DNA of 64,000 nt from Octopus sinensis (lineage: Eukaryota): the NCBI RefSeq assembly GCF_006345805.1, contig NC_043000.1:30380001-30444000 (forward strand), read 5' to 3'. A model generated the notes under the pieces. It did no database searches. It worked only from the letters and a program-made list of their open reading frames with translations, and was not told the DNA's origin. The stretch's first letter is position 1. Every line of letters begins with the position of its first letter. Both the position numbers and the translations under genes were made by a program. Positions 63,839-64,000 of the stretch are shown piece after piece.

Positions 63839-64000
63839 TTCTATCATTGCAGGTGTTTCTAACACTAATCAAATTTAGTAACAATTGTAGATTTCCTTTT
63901 TGGTAAACATTGCATACTGTTGTCTATATTAATTTGTATCTGTGTAGGGGAGGTTGATTGGGCGTATACACGTATATATACGTACACATAATTGTGTATG

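Overview
AT-rich, microsatellite-dense animal genomic DNA with no host exon, rRNA, tRNA or CRISPR array that I can support. The tRNA-derived SINE families look like those I recall from octopus genomes, so an octopus/cephalopod origin is inferred, not proven. Nearly all ORFs in the supplied track are microsatellite or antisense artefacts. The window is a mosaic of at least four tRNA-headed SINE families, two or three Helitrons (one a 3.05-kb internally deleted Rep/helicase copy with nine 23-aa STPR-like repeats), a fold-back mariner remnant, a Tigger-like MITE, decayed LINEs (CR1/L2/Jockey-group 3' ends, an R4/Dong-like RT) and Penelope-like (PLE) fragments. The standout is a 6.3-kb block (11031-17341): 12 near-identical ~480-bp non-coding tandem units, a 59-bp partial unit and one inverted unit. 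Each unit carries a minimal type I hammerhead ribozyme motif with a palindromic helix III, which is the architecture of a retrozyme/PLE-derived circular-RNA-producing array. About nine further intact, variant or relic hammerhead motifs from several families occur across the window, mostly embedded in (TA)n tracts and one linked to a PLE GIY-YIG tail. Also seen: a probable 2.9-kb inversion with a 28-bp inverted breakpoint duplication and several long near-perfect fold-backs. All alignments and folds were done by eye; ribozyme activity is a prediction.
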